Below are positions 12,991 through 26,940 of a DNA stretch of 64,000 bases, piece by piece. The DNA is taken from assembly GCF_009914755.1 (NCBI RefSeq), contig NC_060927.1; one strand, 5' to 3'. Each line of letters starts with the position of its first letter. Position 1 is the first letter of the stretch. The notes beneath the pieces were generated by a model. The model did not search any database and was not told where the DNA came from. It saw only the letters and a list, made by a program, of their open reading frames with translations. A program made the translations under genes and the position numbers. Origin of the DNA: the human T2T-CHM13v2.0 reference genome, Homo sapiens.

Positions 12991-14634
12991 CATCTACTAT
13001 ATATGGTGCTTATTTTTGCAATTTCTAAAGACCAATACTTGTATCAAATGAGGTGATGTTTGCGAAAACACTTTGATAGTTATTAAATTTTATAAAGCAG
13101 GAATATAGTAAGAGGACTTGAGCAACGGTTGCTTCAAAGGAAGTAAGGAACCTAGTCCCCACTGTCTTCCCATGAAACTGCAGAGTAATGGAAATGATCA
13201 AAAGTACTGGGAATGTAGAGTAATGGAAATGATCAAATAAAAGCTCAGCCAATATAAGGGGCTGATTTATATGTGACCCATAGGGCTTGATGACAGAGGC
13301 ATTCTGAAAATGAAGGACATAGATCTGCATGGAGTTTAAAGGGAAGAGAGGAACATTGTTTGCTTATTCAAATAACAGTTCTGTTCAACTCCCACTGGAA
13401 GGTTTGGTGCTCATGATCTGTATTTTGTAGAAAAAGAGTACACCTGGTTTCTATTTCCTGGTAACTTCGCCCAGAACAAATATGAACTTTCTGAAGCGTT
13501 CTGACACTGAGTAATGTATTCCCAGTCTCCTGGGTAATCCAAGCAGGCTTCCCAGGCAGTCAAAGACCACGGGGACATAGTTCTTCTACGTAAATTCCCA
13601 AGTACAGCCAGCCTTTCTTGGGAATTTTGTTGATGGCCCTGTACACATGGCCTGCAATTAGTGGGGATAAGTACAATGGCTCTAAGGTTTTCAACAGCCC
13701 TTACATAGCAAGTGGCTGGCGAAAGAAGAAAATGTGGCAAGCCTCTGGGGGGTGGGTGCTTTCTCACAATTCCATTTCTCAAGAATGGATGAGTTAATGT
13801 TTGGATCATACCTTTCTATGGCCTGTAGAGAGAATGTGCTACATAAGGACTAAATAACAAACCATCTTACAATTCCCCTTCTCCAGAATGGATGAGTTAG
13901 TTTTGGAACACTGCACCTTTGGAGGGAACATGCTCCACATGGATTAAGAATTAATTGGGTCTTTCCTGCTTTTCTGTTCCATGGTGCTGACCTCAGATTT
14001 AAAAAGTTAATAGCATCATGCTAGAACAGCTTAGTTGGACCCAGTGCGAAGTGGGCTTATTTCTATGATGAAACCCAAAACTGAAAATAGATGTTTCAAA
14101 AAAGTCAAAAAGTGAGGAAAAAGTAACTTTGAAAAGTCAGCCATCAGAGAATCATGAAAAATATACAGTGTTGCCAAATTCATTTTCATTTGGTCATTTC
14201 CCCAAGGTTTATATTAAGAATACAAATCTCAAGATCGTGGCTAAAATAAAAAGAAAAAAATTGTATAAATGAAAGCACATGTTGGATAAACCACTTATAC
14301 AGGAAAATTTACACAGAATTGATTTTTTTAGTCCAAAGCTTTTAAAATTTTTTATTCCTGGCAATCCTGTGATTGTCACTTGACCTCGTCCCACTCCCTG
14401 CAGTGGGCCCCCACTGACTCCCGCCTTATCTTACAAGCTCACCTAAGTGAGTATTAACTGTATACTTCCAGCACCAATGTATGTGTATTGTCCTCTTATC
14501 CAGGGAACCGACATTCTAATGCACAGCATGATCCCCTTGGAGAGAAAACACTAGCAATTTATAAAAAGGTTGAGGCGTCTCCCATGCTGCCCAAAGCTAA
14601 TCTCATATGGTTTACCTCTCTCTTCCTCTTTCAG

Positions 14635-15210
14635 AATGCAAGCGGATTGAAGTTTTAGACGTTGTGTTTGTCATTGATAGCTCTGGCAGTATTGACTATG
14701 ATGAGTATAATATCATGAAGGATTTTATGATTGGCTTAGTGAAAAAAGCTGATGTGGGCAAGAATCAGGTCCGGTTTGGGGCTCTGAAGTATGCTGATGA
14801 CCCAGAGGTGCTGTTTTATCTGGATGACTTTGGCACAAAACTGGAGGTAATTTCAGTGCTCCAGAATGACCAAGCCATGGGTGGCAGTACTTATACTGCT
14901 GAGGCACTGGGCTTCTCAGACCACATGTTCACTGAAGCCCGGGGCAGCCGCCTGAACAAGGGGGTCCCCCAAGTCCTCATTGTGATCACCGATGGGGAAT
15001 CCCATGATGCTGATAAACTCAATGCCACGGCAAAGGCCTTGCGGGACAAAGGCATTCTTGTCCTGGCTGTGGGGATTGATGGTGCCAATCCCGTGGAGCT
15101 GTTAGCCATGGCAGGATCAAGCGACAAGTACTTCTTCGTGGAGACTTTTGGAGGTCTGAAGGGAATATTTTCAGATGTGACAGCCAGTGTCTGCAACTCT
15201 TCAAAAGTAG
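14635..15210 (+). CDS. COL6A6: Coding exon 6: VWA domain N3
   Basis: ctctttcag| acceptor, G|GTAAGT donor, 576 nt; LDVVFVIDSSGS...ITDG. Confidence 0.95.
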
Positions 15211-15475
15211 GTAAGTTTTGCCAACTAAGTTTTTCCTAATTATTAGCAGAGGGACAAATGAGAGAGAAAGCAAAGCAATGGCTCTCAGGAACAAGTTTTC
15301 CAGAGAGGAGAGAAGGAGCTCTAATTGTTTCATAGGACTTTCTATATTATAAAATCTGAGGGTTGGAAAGACCTTGGGCATATTTCATTCAGACTTCTCC
15401 CCAAAGAGAGATACTTTCTGCAGCATTCCTAATCACTTCTTCCTAAACTCTTCTAATGATGGGAAATTCAAAAGT

Positions 15476-15799
15476 TGTTTTGTTTTGTTTTGTTTTGGCT
15501 TTTTTTTTAAAGACAGGGTCTTGCTCTGTTGCCCAGGCTGGAGTGCAGTAGCATGATCACGGCTCACTGCAGCCTCAACTTCCAGGACTCAGGTGATCAT
15601 CCTGCCTCTGCCTCCCCAAGGAGCTGGGACTACAGATGTGTGGCATGAGGCATGGCTAATTTTTTTTTTTTTTTTTTTTTTGTGAAGACAGGGTTTCACT
15701 ATGTTGCCCAGGCTGGTCTCAAACTCCTGGATTCAAGCCATCTGCCCCCCTTGGCCTCCCAAAGTGCTGGGATTACAAGTGTGTGCCACTACACTGAGC
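15476..15799 (-). mobile_element. AluJ (diverged)
   Basis: agacagggtcttgctctgttgcccagg...ctcactgcagcctcaac. Confidence 0.85.
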
Positions 15800-17333
15800 T
15801 GAATTCACCAGTTTTGAACAGCCTTCATTAGAACACATATGTGCTTACACATTTTTCCACCCACTAGTTCTTTTTCCTCTTTATGCAAGAAACAAATTCT
15901 CCTCCTAAGAACCAGCTAGAATTGCCTGAAGTCTTCTTTCCTTCAGGCTAGAAGTCACCAGCTTCTTTGCTTATTTCAATTGTGGCAGAAGGTCATTTAA
16001 AATGTGAAGCCCAGTATTAAAAACTCTGTTCCAGCCTCAGAAGTTTCCAGGACAGAGCATAGTGGGGCTTCTATTCTGGCAGCTGGAGATTGCATTGCTG
16101 CATGTATGTATGTATTCCTTCCTTCATCATTTTACTATCATTTTATACTTTTGGTTCAGAGAAAGATTGTTCTCTACTTAGTTTTCTGAGTAATTTTCCC
16201 AAGATGTATTTTACTAAAGATACTAAATGTTTTTACTAGATGAATTGCTATTAATTCATGATTCCAACATCTAGATATAGTAGTTCTTTTTAAAACTCAT
16301 CTAACTTCTCTGGTTTTCCTAAGCCTTGCCTCCTTAGAATGCAGCTACTATCTTTTTCTTTCACAAAACTAATAAAATCTTTCTGGGTCTTACTGAAAAC
16401 TGGGACAAATCTCTTCCTTCCTTGTAGCCATTGTCTAAAATTGGATCTATCCTTCTCCAGTTCACTGTAGAAGTTGACATTGCATTTTCATATTGAAAAT
16501 TCTCCTTGGGACAGAAAAACAGTACTAGATTTCCTTTATTGAAATCTGAAACAATTTAATAAGTTAACCAATTCCTAAAGGATCGATTTACCATATTTCT
16601 TCTTATCACTTCCTTGCTTACCTGGACTTCAGGAATCTCAGACACCTTTAATATTTCTGAGGCTATGATGAGAACTAAGTTCGGAGAGTGGTGAGATCAC
16701 TGGGGAATTCATGGAAACGATCATGCTTACCAGAAAGCTAAGGAACACACATGTGCCAAGCATAACTCATTCATTGGCAGTGGTCTCTCATGTTCTTCTT
16801 GTTTTATATTTGCTGTGTTAATATGGGGGAAGCATCTTTATATTGCATTGCTTGTTCACAAATATTTTTCTCAAATAGATATTTTTGCCTACATACAGCA
16901 GAAAGGGGCTGATAAAAAGGAAAACTGACTAGATACAGACCAAAAGGCATCCTTTTAAAACCTCTTCTCAATATGCCCTAATGAACTAGAAAAATATTTA
17001 TTGGCTCAAATGACCAGGGAGGCTAAGTCAATAACATGAACTATCTGCCTCTTTGTTTGAATCCCTAAATGTATGTGTGTTTTGTTTTCTCTTGGTGTGC
17101 TACTATTGTCACCGGGCTTTCTGGAAGAGCTGAGGCTAGGTTGTAGATGAGAACAAGTTTTCCATAGCGCTGGCCCCAGTTCTCTGGCATCTCAGAAAAT
17201 AAAATGGCCTAATACCAAATCAACAAGCCAAGAGAAGCATAAAAAGATGTGTGAGTGATTCATTCCTTGTACTGACTTTAAGAGCTGATCATTTGCCTTT
17301 ATTTCCTCTACAATTATTGTGACCACATGCTAG

Positions 17334-17685
<352 letters not shown>

Positions 17686-17772
17686 TATAGCTGCAAACAT
17701 TGAATTTACTCTTGGTGGATTAAGGAAAGAATAACAATCTGGGTTTTCTGTTGTTCCTTCTCTTCTTTGTAG

Positions 17773-18342
17773 ATTGTGAAATTGACAAAGTAGATCTTGT
17801 TTTCCTTATGGATGGTTCAACTAGCATTCAGCCAAATGACTTCAAGAAAATGAAGGAATTTCTGGCATCTGTTGTTCAAGACTTTGATGTCAGCCTCAAC
17901 AGAGTGCGAATAGGAGCGGCCCAGTTTAGCGATACCTATCACCCGGAGTTTCCACTGGGAACTTTCATAGGTGAAAAAGAGATATCATTTCAGATTGAAA
18001 ACATCAAGCAGATCTTTGGAAACACACACATCGGTGCTGCACTCAGGGAGGTGGAACATTACTTCAGGCCAGACATGGGCAGCAGGATAAATACAGGTAC
18101 CCCACAGGTGCTGCTGGTCCTTACAGATGGCCAGTCCCAAGACGAGGTGGCCCAGGCCGCGGAAGCCCTGAGACACAGAGGTATCGACATCTACTCCGTG
18201 GGCATTGGGGATGTGGATGACCAGCAGCTCATTCAGATCACCGGGACTGCAGAGAAAAAACTGACAGTGCACAACTTCGATGAACTGAAGAAGGTCAATA
18301 AAAGGATCGTTCGCAACATCTGTACCACAGCGGGTGAAAGCA
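17773..18342 (+). CDS. COL6A6: Coding exon 7: VWA domain N2
   Basis: ctttgtag| acceptor, A|GTAAGT donor, 570 nt; VDLVFLMDGSTS...LTDG. Confidence 0.95.
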
Positions 18343-18999
18343 GTAAGTATTTAGCAAGTTCTTCATTCGATTCCCTACACCATCTTCTCTGGCATTTTCT
18401 TCCAGCTCCATTGTCATCCCCTGGGGCTAGTGGGAGAATTTAGATTTGTGCCTCTGGATTTCAAATTGAGCTTTTCACAGTTATTAAATATTTGTCTTGA
18501 CCTGTGGATTGAGAAACAGGGTGTTTGATATCCTGTGCCCTTTTTTCTCCCTGTCTCCTGGGGGAGCATGCCTCCTTTGTGAGTGGGAATGCCTGCCTTC
18601 AGGTGTGAGGAAAAGGCCATTGTTTGCAATCTGGCTGGTTTCAGAGGTTGAAGAGCAATGCCTCAAAGAAAGGAAATATTTGACTGATTTTTGGTTGCTT
18701 GGCAATACGGCCTATAGGGCTGCCAAGAGCTGTGGTACAGGTAGGTAAGAAACCTCCCTAGAGGTTTATATCTTTATTATGAAATTTTACTGCAGAAATT
18801 AGTAAATATCTTCTTTACAATTAGTGCATTTTGACACTTTTTTCAACAGATGGAAGTAAAGTGTCTTAAAGGAGAAGTCACTTTTTCTGTTATAAAGGTA
18901 TCTTATGGGTTGGTTATGATTCTATATAACTACCAAAGGTAAACATTAATCCCAGATTTCCACTCAAAAAAAAAAGTTGCAAGGTCATTAAGAGGCAGC

Positions 19000-19190
19000 T
19001 CTGAAGACAGACAGCCTGACAGCAGATCCCTGCTCTATGGCCATTTTTTTCCGGGACAAGTTGCCTAACTTCTCTAAGTTTAATTTTTTCACCTTTGAAA
19101 TGTGAATAATAGCAGTACCTAGTTCAAAAGAACATTGTGAGGATTAAATGAGAAAATGCATATTTCAACTTTAATGAGCATAACACCTGA
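19000..19190 (+). mobile_element. MIR SINE
   Basis: ggacaagttgcctaacttctctaag...gtgaggattaaatgag. Confidence 0.6.
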
Positions 19191-21434
19191 GATATAATTA
19201 TAAAGTGCCTTCATTTTTATCTACCAGTGACCATTAAATTTATGAATGGGAGCTAGCTCTTCCTTTGCCCCTCATCACTTTCAGGAAATAAAAGAACCTT
19301 CTTTTGGTGATTAATATGTCCATCCCAGTGTAATGTTAAAACTTTACATTTTATTCAAGGTTACCCCACATTTCCAGCTTGCTACAGGCTGCCTTGCTGT
19401 GAGAGAAGTGGTTGACATTTCTCCCAATGTCCCCAGACTTTCACTGCACTCCCCATCTTCCAGGTGCTCCTCCATCTTACTAACCATAGTTTCTGGTCTC
19501 TCCAGAAGGAGAAGGTACTAGGAAAGGGGGAACAACTAAAAGGGTACAGGAAAGTTTTTAATCTGATGGCCCTTATCAGGAATTGGTTTTCTCTGAAAAT
19601 AGCCCGTGTCTAAAGCTGGGTCCATTCATAGGTCCTTCGAAGATTCCACCTCCTGCCCCACATCATCACCTCCCCAACCAAGCCACCTTTGTCTAAAGAT
19701 CTCTCCATCACAGTTTTTTTTTTTAGGAGGCTAAGTATGTCTCTATTCCAGAGTGTCCCTTATGCCTTTCTCAGCCTCTGGGCATCTGCTGATGCCTCCA
19801 GCTTTGTTCTGCTGAGGTTTCTCTGTCCCCTCCAGGGGCTTCTTAGATGGGAGATCAGAGGAGCCCACAACAGCTTGCTCTTCTACTCAGCCATATCAGC
19901 TCCATGGTCAACAATAACATATCGATTGCCCTAATAAAAACTGGGAATCACAGCCCTCCAGCGTGATTGCCTCTTCTTTGTAGGGAGGGCAATATTCCAT
20001 CCTGTGTCTCATGCTTTAGAATTTCCAGGATTAGGTTATCTCCAGATTATCTCTGAAAGCCCCTCTCTCAGCTTGAAAAGGAAGTCACCCACTCTCCTTG
20101 CGTATATGTGTGTGTGCCTGATGGGAGAGCCCACAGCACATCAACAGCTCTCTCCAAACACTTTTCCAAACTGCAGTCTTAAACCTTTAATAAGACCTGA
20201 TGTGCAGGTTAAAGGTTAAGAGTTCTGTAGTTGATTTGGGACTACTGACTCTCTAAGTTCTGCTTCACATACTTTGGAATGTATCTGATTACCTCGGCCA
20301 AACCTTCCACATTAATTTCTTGTTTCATGTGAAATACTCAAGCCCAATTATTAGGCAGAAAATTCTCTCTGAACCATCCAGTTTCTATCTGAGTGTGATG
20401 AAAGAAAACCATGTGGAAAGTAAAAAACAGAAGTATGAACTCCAAGTAAGTAATGAGTTATTTTTTAAATAGTCATGAATGCAAAAAAAAAATAAGAAAA
20501 ATACTCTATATTAAGATAAACTTGAGGTTATTACTTCAGCAAGGAAGAATGTGAGGCAGGCTATGAGCTGAGGACTGATGAAGCTGGAATGAACACTGAT
20601 AAAGCTTCAAAGGCATGTACAAATATATTAGGGGATGCCAGTTCTTTTTAAACTATAAATCCCAAAACAAGGAAATCAGACAGTAGCTGGGTATGGTTCA
20701 AAACAAACTGGACTTAAGGCCTGAACACTTGCTGTGCTTCTTATTAAAATATGCATAACTTTGGAGATGTCAGTGCCATTTCTGAGTCTTAGTTTTCTGG
20801 TTTGTAAATCTAAATAATCTCTAAAAGTTCCTCTAATTGTATACTGTGATTCAACATATGTGAAAGGGAGGTCAGACGCATGGAGGTATGATGGAGGTGA
20901 CTAAGAATCATTATTTTTTGAGCATCTACGAAGGGTCAAGCCTGGTGTTCTAAGCACTTTAAATGTACTATCTCACTCAATTCTCCCAACATCTTACATG
21001 GTTGGTGTTTTTGTTTTCATTTATAAATGTGGAAACTGGGGTTCAAGGGAATATTGGTAGCCTGGTCTAGATCATACAGGAAGTAAGACTAAGCACATTT
21101 TGAAACCTAGGGTTGTCTGACCCCCGTCTGTTCCTCTCACCACCCCCATCCCTGACTTTTTTGTTAAATTAAGCTGTTTTCTTGATATAGTTATTGTCTA
21201 GGTTATCTGATATTGACATTATAAAGAACTAATATCTAAGTGTTGTGCTTCACCAATTAATAGCTGGAGCTTATTAAGACATCATAGGGTTGTATCTTTG
21301 AAATTGTTTCCACAAGCTGATATTCCCTAAGGAAACCACTTCCTGCTGTCACTTCCAATAACATAACCTAGTAGTAGAACTAGCAACCTGCATGACTTGT
21401 CATCACTGGCTAACCAGGAAGTGGTAGAATAAGG

Positions 21435-21640
21435 TGGTTCAGCATGTGGACTCCAGAGAAGTCTGGATCTGAATCCCAAGTGTGAGAGACACAGTGTTAA
21501 CTGTGAGATCTTGGGCAAGCTTCTCTGTCACAGCTTCTTCATCTGCAAAATGAAAAAGAGCTTCTACTTATTCTGTGTCTTATGAGGAGAAGTGAGACAG
21601 TGAATTGGAAGTATATGGTAAGTGTTCATTGAGAGTTAGC
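21435..21640 (+). mobile_element. MIR SINE
   Basis: tgaatccca...tgtgagatcttgggcaag...cttcatctgcaaaatg. Confidence 0.6.
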
Positions 21641-22164
21641 TAATATCATAGCATGTTGCTGAGAGTACCATGAAGGGATGTCTTGAATGAAAATTTGTGG
21701 AGTAATGGGGTTAATTCACAGGAGGACAATTTACCAAGAATTCCTTAGTTTAGGGACTTAAATATTTTAGCCACATTTCAGAGCTATATTCAAATTTAAT
21801 AAATATACGTGGTATTTTCTTAAGCAACTGTTTTCTCACCTTTATCCATGCTTATTTTCTTGGTTTTTCTTTGAGACTGGCTATTCTGTCCACTAGAGGA
21901 GACTTTGAGCAATTTTTAGGATGTGGAGGTTCTGCCTGTTTTTTTAGCATGGAGCCATGATTAGGTAGCAGAGAATCAGGAGCATCTCTCATCTGATGTA
22001 TCTATCATTATGGATAGATGAATCAAGAGGGAGACTGAGCAAAAGATTAGTCTCATTAGGGTAAGAGACAACCTCAGGATTTGATTCAAGAGATGTGAAA
22101 AATATAAGGAAAAAAATAGATGTTCATGTCCAACTTTTCTTAATAAGGAGCTCTTTTTATATTC

Positions 22165-22800
22165 CTGCCTTAACTGGGTCTGGGTTCTCCAGAAAACAGA
22201 GCCTGAAGCAGAGTTTACATGCCAATACTTTATTGGGAGTGCAGTCCCAGGGAAGCAAGAGTGAATGGAAGGGAAGTGATGCGGGAAAGGAGGGGAAAGT
22301 AAATACAAGGTAGTATGTTACCAAGTTAGCCACAGCTTAAGAAAGCATAACTGGTGCGTTGGTCATGCAGAACATCACTAGAGAAGCCCTATAAAACCAC
22401 CGTGTATACCAGCCCAGCAGAGGGAATAAAAGAGAGGATTTACCTGCCAATTGCTTCCCATCTACTGCCTCTCATAAGTCAGAGAGTTAACTTCCCTACA
22501 CTACTGGGTTGCGTTATCCAGCCCCTTATGGAAACTGCTGGGGAAATCAGAAACAGGTCCCACAGTGCACTACACCTAGGGCAGGAAATGCTGAAGGGAC
22601 CAGGGCCTCCCTAAGTTCACGTGGGTTGCACATGGGCACCAGAGCCAAGGTGGCCGTTCTGCAGTGAGCATGGTGGAGGCTGTGTCAAAGCCAGGCTGTC
22701 ACTTCCACGGTTAGCAGACTAAGGATGATGGCAGCTAGGGCTCTTCCGTGGACAAATGTCTACGCCTTGGGAAAGGGAGGAAGCAAATCTGGGAGGTATA
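22165..22800 (-). mobile_element. Old ERVL/LTR16-family LTR (approximate ends)
   Basis: gggtctgggttctccagaaaacagagcctgaagcagag...tactttattggg. Confidence 0.45.
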
Positions 22801-24719
22801 TAAACTGAGTCTCTAACAGTCCCTAGCTATACTTTATAGATGATCCTTTCTTTTTTAATCTAAAATACCCCATCTTTCAAAGTCCCAAACAGATTTCTCT
22901 CCTATCCCAGCTAATAACTGCCACTTTCCCCTTTAAAGTATTTTCTCAAGAATCTGTCTTCTAATCTTACAAATGTACCCTAGCCTCTTGACAGTATTTC
23001 TTAATACCAAGAATCTGCCATCATCAGCTCCAATTAAGTACTGTCTTTATAAATTAATAATTAGAATCAGCTTTTGGGCTTGGCAGGAAACAATGAGACT
23101 ATAACTGTCTGATCCAATTCACTCTTTTCTGTGCTTTTGTATTTTTACTTGGAAATATATAACCCCCTTATTTTTATAGACAAGAAAATTAATGCCCAGA
23201 GAGGATAAGAGTTGCCAAAAGTAGTTTGGCAGTAACAGAATGGTGACCAGCATGTGACTGAAACTGAACTTCTGTCTTCCCACTCACAGACTTGCCCCCC
23301 AGGATTCCACATTGCTATTTGGAGGACTAGTCAAGGGCTCAGCGGGCTACTCTTACTTCTCTTATCACCCTCTGTAGCCAGTCCTGCCAATTACCTTCTT
23401 AAATATTTTGCTTTTATTAGCCCTTTCTTATTCCCACTGCTGTTATCCTACTTTAATTCTTCATTATTTCTTTGGAAATCCAATTTCAGCTTTCTCCCTA
23501 GCTCACTTCCAAAACTCCCTGCCTCCAGTCCTTTCAAGTCACCAATGGCAGATTCACTTTAAAGTACAACCTGTGTCATGGAAGACTTCAAGACAGGGCT
23601 CCTGATTTAAGGGCAGATGTCTCAGTGGAGTTTTTAGGCTGTTGCATGAGAGCCTCTTGCTCAGTATGGTTTGGTCTCTCTCACTGTACTTAGACACATG
23701 GTTACTAATTCTGGACTTGTCCACCAAATTCCATTCCTTCTATCACATTATTATGGAATCATTTGTCAATTCAAATTAAACACAAGGAACTTGTTTACCT
23801 AAATAAGTTTGTACGTTCAGCAATCTAGACAAAAATTTAAAATACACAATGTTTATAGGCAACAGTTCCCAAGGTCACTTGATGTCATTTTGGTATTTCT
23901 GCTGGTTGGTTTTTTTCACACAATTCTGTTTTCCTTAAAGACATTATCATATCTTGGTTACTACCTGGTTTTCTGCTCAGGTTTAAACAGTCATCATCAA
24001 AAATGAAACTTTCAAGCTCAAGACAGATATGAGAAGACGTAGATGCAAGAGGAATTTTGGAAAGGATATATTCTGCTTTTTTCTAAATAGTTTATCTTAT
24101 TTTCTGATGAAGAAGAGATTTCCAATAAAATACAGTAAAATAAGATGCTCAGTCTTCCAGATTTTTGATAACACTTTGATTTACCTTGAATCTCATGATG
24201 AAAATTGATTATCAAATAAAATTTTTGTTTTCCCTCAGTCAATTCTCATTAAAAATCAAGTTGCCAACACTTGTTTTAAAAGTTGAAATTGATGATTTTG
24301 GTTTTAAGCATTTGCAAATGTCCAACTGACCAGTGTGTCTGGGAAGTAGTTAAGCATTTGTCTTTACAAGGAATATCTTAAACATTGCTGATCTAAGCAA
24401 ACCAAATTAAAAACAACCACTCATTTTATCAAGCAAGCTGTATGTGTTCAGTTTGCTGAAAAAAATTAGAGTTTTTAGCCAAGTTAAAAATTCGTGAAAG
24501 GAGAGTGTATGAGTCACATGACTTTATTGTTCTCTAATTAACTGCCTTTAGGACACTCAGCTTAAAATATCAAGCCCTTTCTAGTTTCTCCAACTCTTAA
24601 GTTTCCCTAGAATTAATAAGAATAAGAGCAAAGCACTTTAATGCAACATGCCTCTAAGTATTTAACCTCAAAATGGCAGTGTCCGTGGCTTCTGGAATGG
24701 CTGAGCTCCTGAAAGCAGC

Positions 24720-24848
24720 ACCATCTTTGACATGGTCGAATGTGAATAATTTGGTTATCAGTTTCTTCATTTGTCAGACTTACACCAAGCAAGATCTCAA
24801 AGGATCTCCTGAATTTTTTAGTTTTTTTTTTTTTCTTTTCTGCATGGA
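24720..24848 (+). repeat. Direct repeat, copy 1 (~100-bp core plus T tract)
   Basis: Matches 27484-27633 with ~6 transitions in the first 100 bp. Confidence 0.9.
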
Positions 24849-25378
24849 TGTTAGAAGACAACAAGAGGAATCAAAAAGGCCCTTTTTAGAAATATAAATC
24901 ATCAAAACCATTCCTTAGATGAGTCCTTTGTGATTTATTTTTTTCTAGATGACTTTATTCAAATGTTCTTAAATTTCCCTTATGATTATTGTAATTTAAT
25001 ATTTGTTGAATGACCTCAATTGATAAGTAGCATTATATGAATGTCTTATTTTAGACTAATTACATTTCCACAGTGTACTTTAGGGATATTTAAATGATTC
25101 TGCATGACTTTTTCAATAGCTAAAATAAAATCTTTCAGAACTTCATTATAGAATCATCAGATTTTATATGACCTGAAAAAATAATAATGAACCCTTACAC
25201 TTTTACAGGTTAGAAAAGAGTTGATTCTTAGCCTCTTTCTTTATTCATTTATGCCTTTCTTTGTGTTCCAACTTTATAACTGAAATAGAATTCCAAGTCC
25301 CTTGATTCAGACATGGTGTCTGAGTTAAATAAAGGCGTTTGTTGATTTATTAAGACATGCTTTTCCTTTGAATCCTAG

Positions 25379-25722
25379 ACTGTTTCGTGGATGTTGTGGT
25401 GGGATTTGATGTCTCAACTCAGGAGAAAGGGCAGACTTTGCTTGAAGGTCAGCCTTGGATGGAAACCTACCTTCAAGACATCTTACGTGCCATCAGCTCC
25501 CTCAATGGAGTAAGCTGTGAGGTGGGCACAGAGACTCAGGTCAGTGTGGCTTTTCAAGTGACCAATGCCATGGAAAAATATTCTCCCAAGTTTGAGATCT
25601 ACAGTGAAAACATACTGAATAGCCTGAAGGATATAACAGTTAAAGGACCATCTCTTCTCAATGCAAACCTCTTGGATTCTCTATGGGATACATTTCAGAA
25701 TAAATCAGCTGCTCGAGGAAAG
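25379..25722 (+). CDS. COL6A6: Coding exon 8: VWA domain N1, part 1
   Basis: aatcctag| acceptor, AAG|GTAACA donor, 344 nt, phase 1-0; NCFVDVVVGFDVS. Confidence 0.92.
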
Positions 25723-25807
25723 GTAACATGGATTTATCTTATTTGTTGGTCTATGATTGCAATGAACCCTTTTTAATTCATTTTACTTTTTTTGAATACT
25801 TTCTTAG

Positions 25808-25886
25808 GTGGTCCTTTTATTTTCAGATGGATTGGATGATGATGTTGAGAAACTTGAACAAAAATCTGATGAACTTAGAAAAGAAG
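25808..25886 (+). CDS. COL6A6: Coding exon 9: VWA N1, part 2 (VVLLFSDGLDDDVEKLEQKSDELRKE)
   Basis: 85-bp upstream intron, ttcttag| acceptor, G|GTACTG donor, 79 nt, phase 0-1. Confidence 0.92.
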
Positions 25887-26433
25887 GTACTGAGTATGGA
25901 GAAGTGGGAAGGGAGTGCTTATTAACTTTATAATCTCAGAACTAAATTCTGGCTCTTAAATTTCCAGGCTCTTAAATTTTGAATAACCCTGATTTTGACA
26001 ATCTCCGTATTCTGTATGTACTAGGCAGAACAAATGAGCTCTCAGAATATTTTGACATCCACTTTTTTCCTCATGCCTCATGTGTATGAAACAGCACTGA
26101 ATACAAAGTCCTATCCTTTGTTTCATATTACTGTATTTCTTCTTCCTGACCTTTCCTGGAGAATGTTCCTTTCTCTCTCGCCCCACATTGTCTAATATTG
26201 CTACTTCTTTAGTGTCACCAGAAGAGAAGAGTATATTTCTCCTTGACCAGGGAATGAGAGTCAGTTTTCTTCTAACACTCTTAAAGTTCCCAGAGTTGCA
26301 AGCATTTTTGGATAAATTTACTCATGTTTTGCAGCTTTCTAATCAGTTCCTTCCTTCAGACCATGGATTGGCCAACCATGGTGTTTGAGATTTTTAAGCT
26401 CTGGCACCAGGCTTTTGGCTTTTGAACCAAAAG

Positions 26434-26509
26434 CTATTCTGAGTCAAACAAGAACATGTGGATGTTCTTGTTTAGTCAAACAAAGAAGTTCTTGTTTGAC
26501 TCAGAATAG
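26434..26509. repeat. Perfect 22-bp inverted repeat with a nested 12-bp hairpin
   Basis: CTATTCTGAGTCAAACAAGAAC (26434-26455) / GTTCTTGTTTGACTCAGAATAG (26488-26509). Confidence 0.95.
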
Positions 26510-26529
26510 AAGTCCTCTTCTGTAAGTGG

Positions 26530-26940
26530 GTGCTATTTCTGCCCTACCCAGATCTCCTTTACTGGCAGATTCACCTATCCTCTAGCTGCTAACAACTCAC
26601 AGCTTACTCCTTCTCTGAAGAATTGCCCTTGGACAGTAGAGCTGCCTCACCTGGAAGGTTGCTGTCCACCCCATCCTTGGGCAGCAGATAAGATTACAGA
26701 GTTGGACCTTTGCCTCTAAATGACACCAGTGGTGTGCTGCAATTTATGCTCCAGAGCTTCCTGGGATCAGGCTAAATAAAGCTAGACTCCAGCTGCAACA
26801 CTGTCTTCTTGCTCAGCAACTTCCCCTGCCCTATCCTGTTTTCCTCACTCCCTTTCTTCTGAAAGTGCTTCCTCAACAATTTGTGTACCTCCAAATCCTT
26901 ATCTCAAACTCTGTTTCTAGGGAACATGACCTAAGACATT
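26530..26940 (+). mobile_element. LTR16A-like ERVL solo LTR
   Basis: Ends ctcaaactctgtttctagggaacatgacctaagaca; internal cttcccctgccctatcctgttttcctcactcc. Confidence 0.6.
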
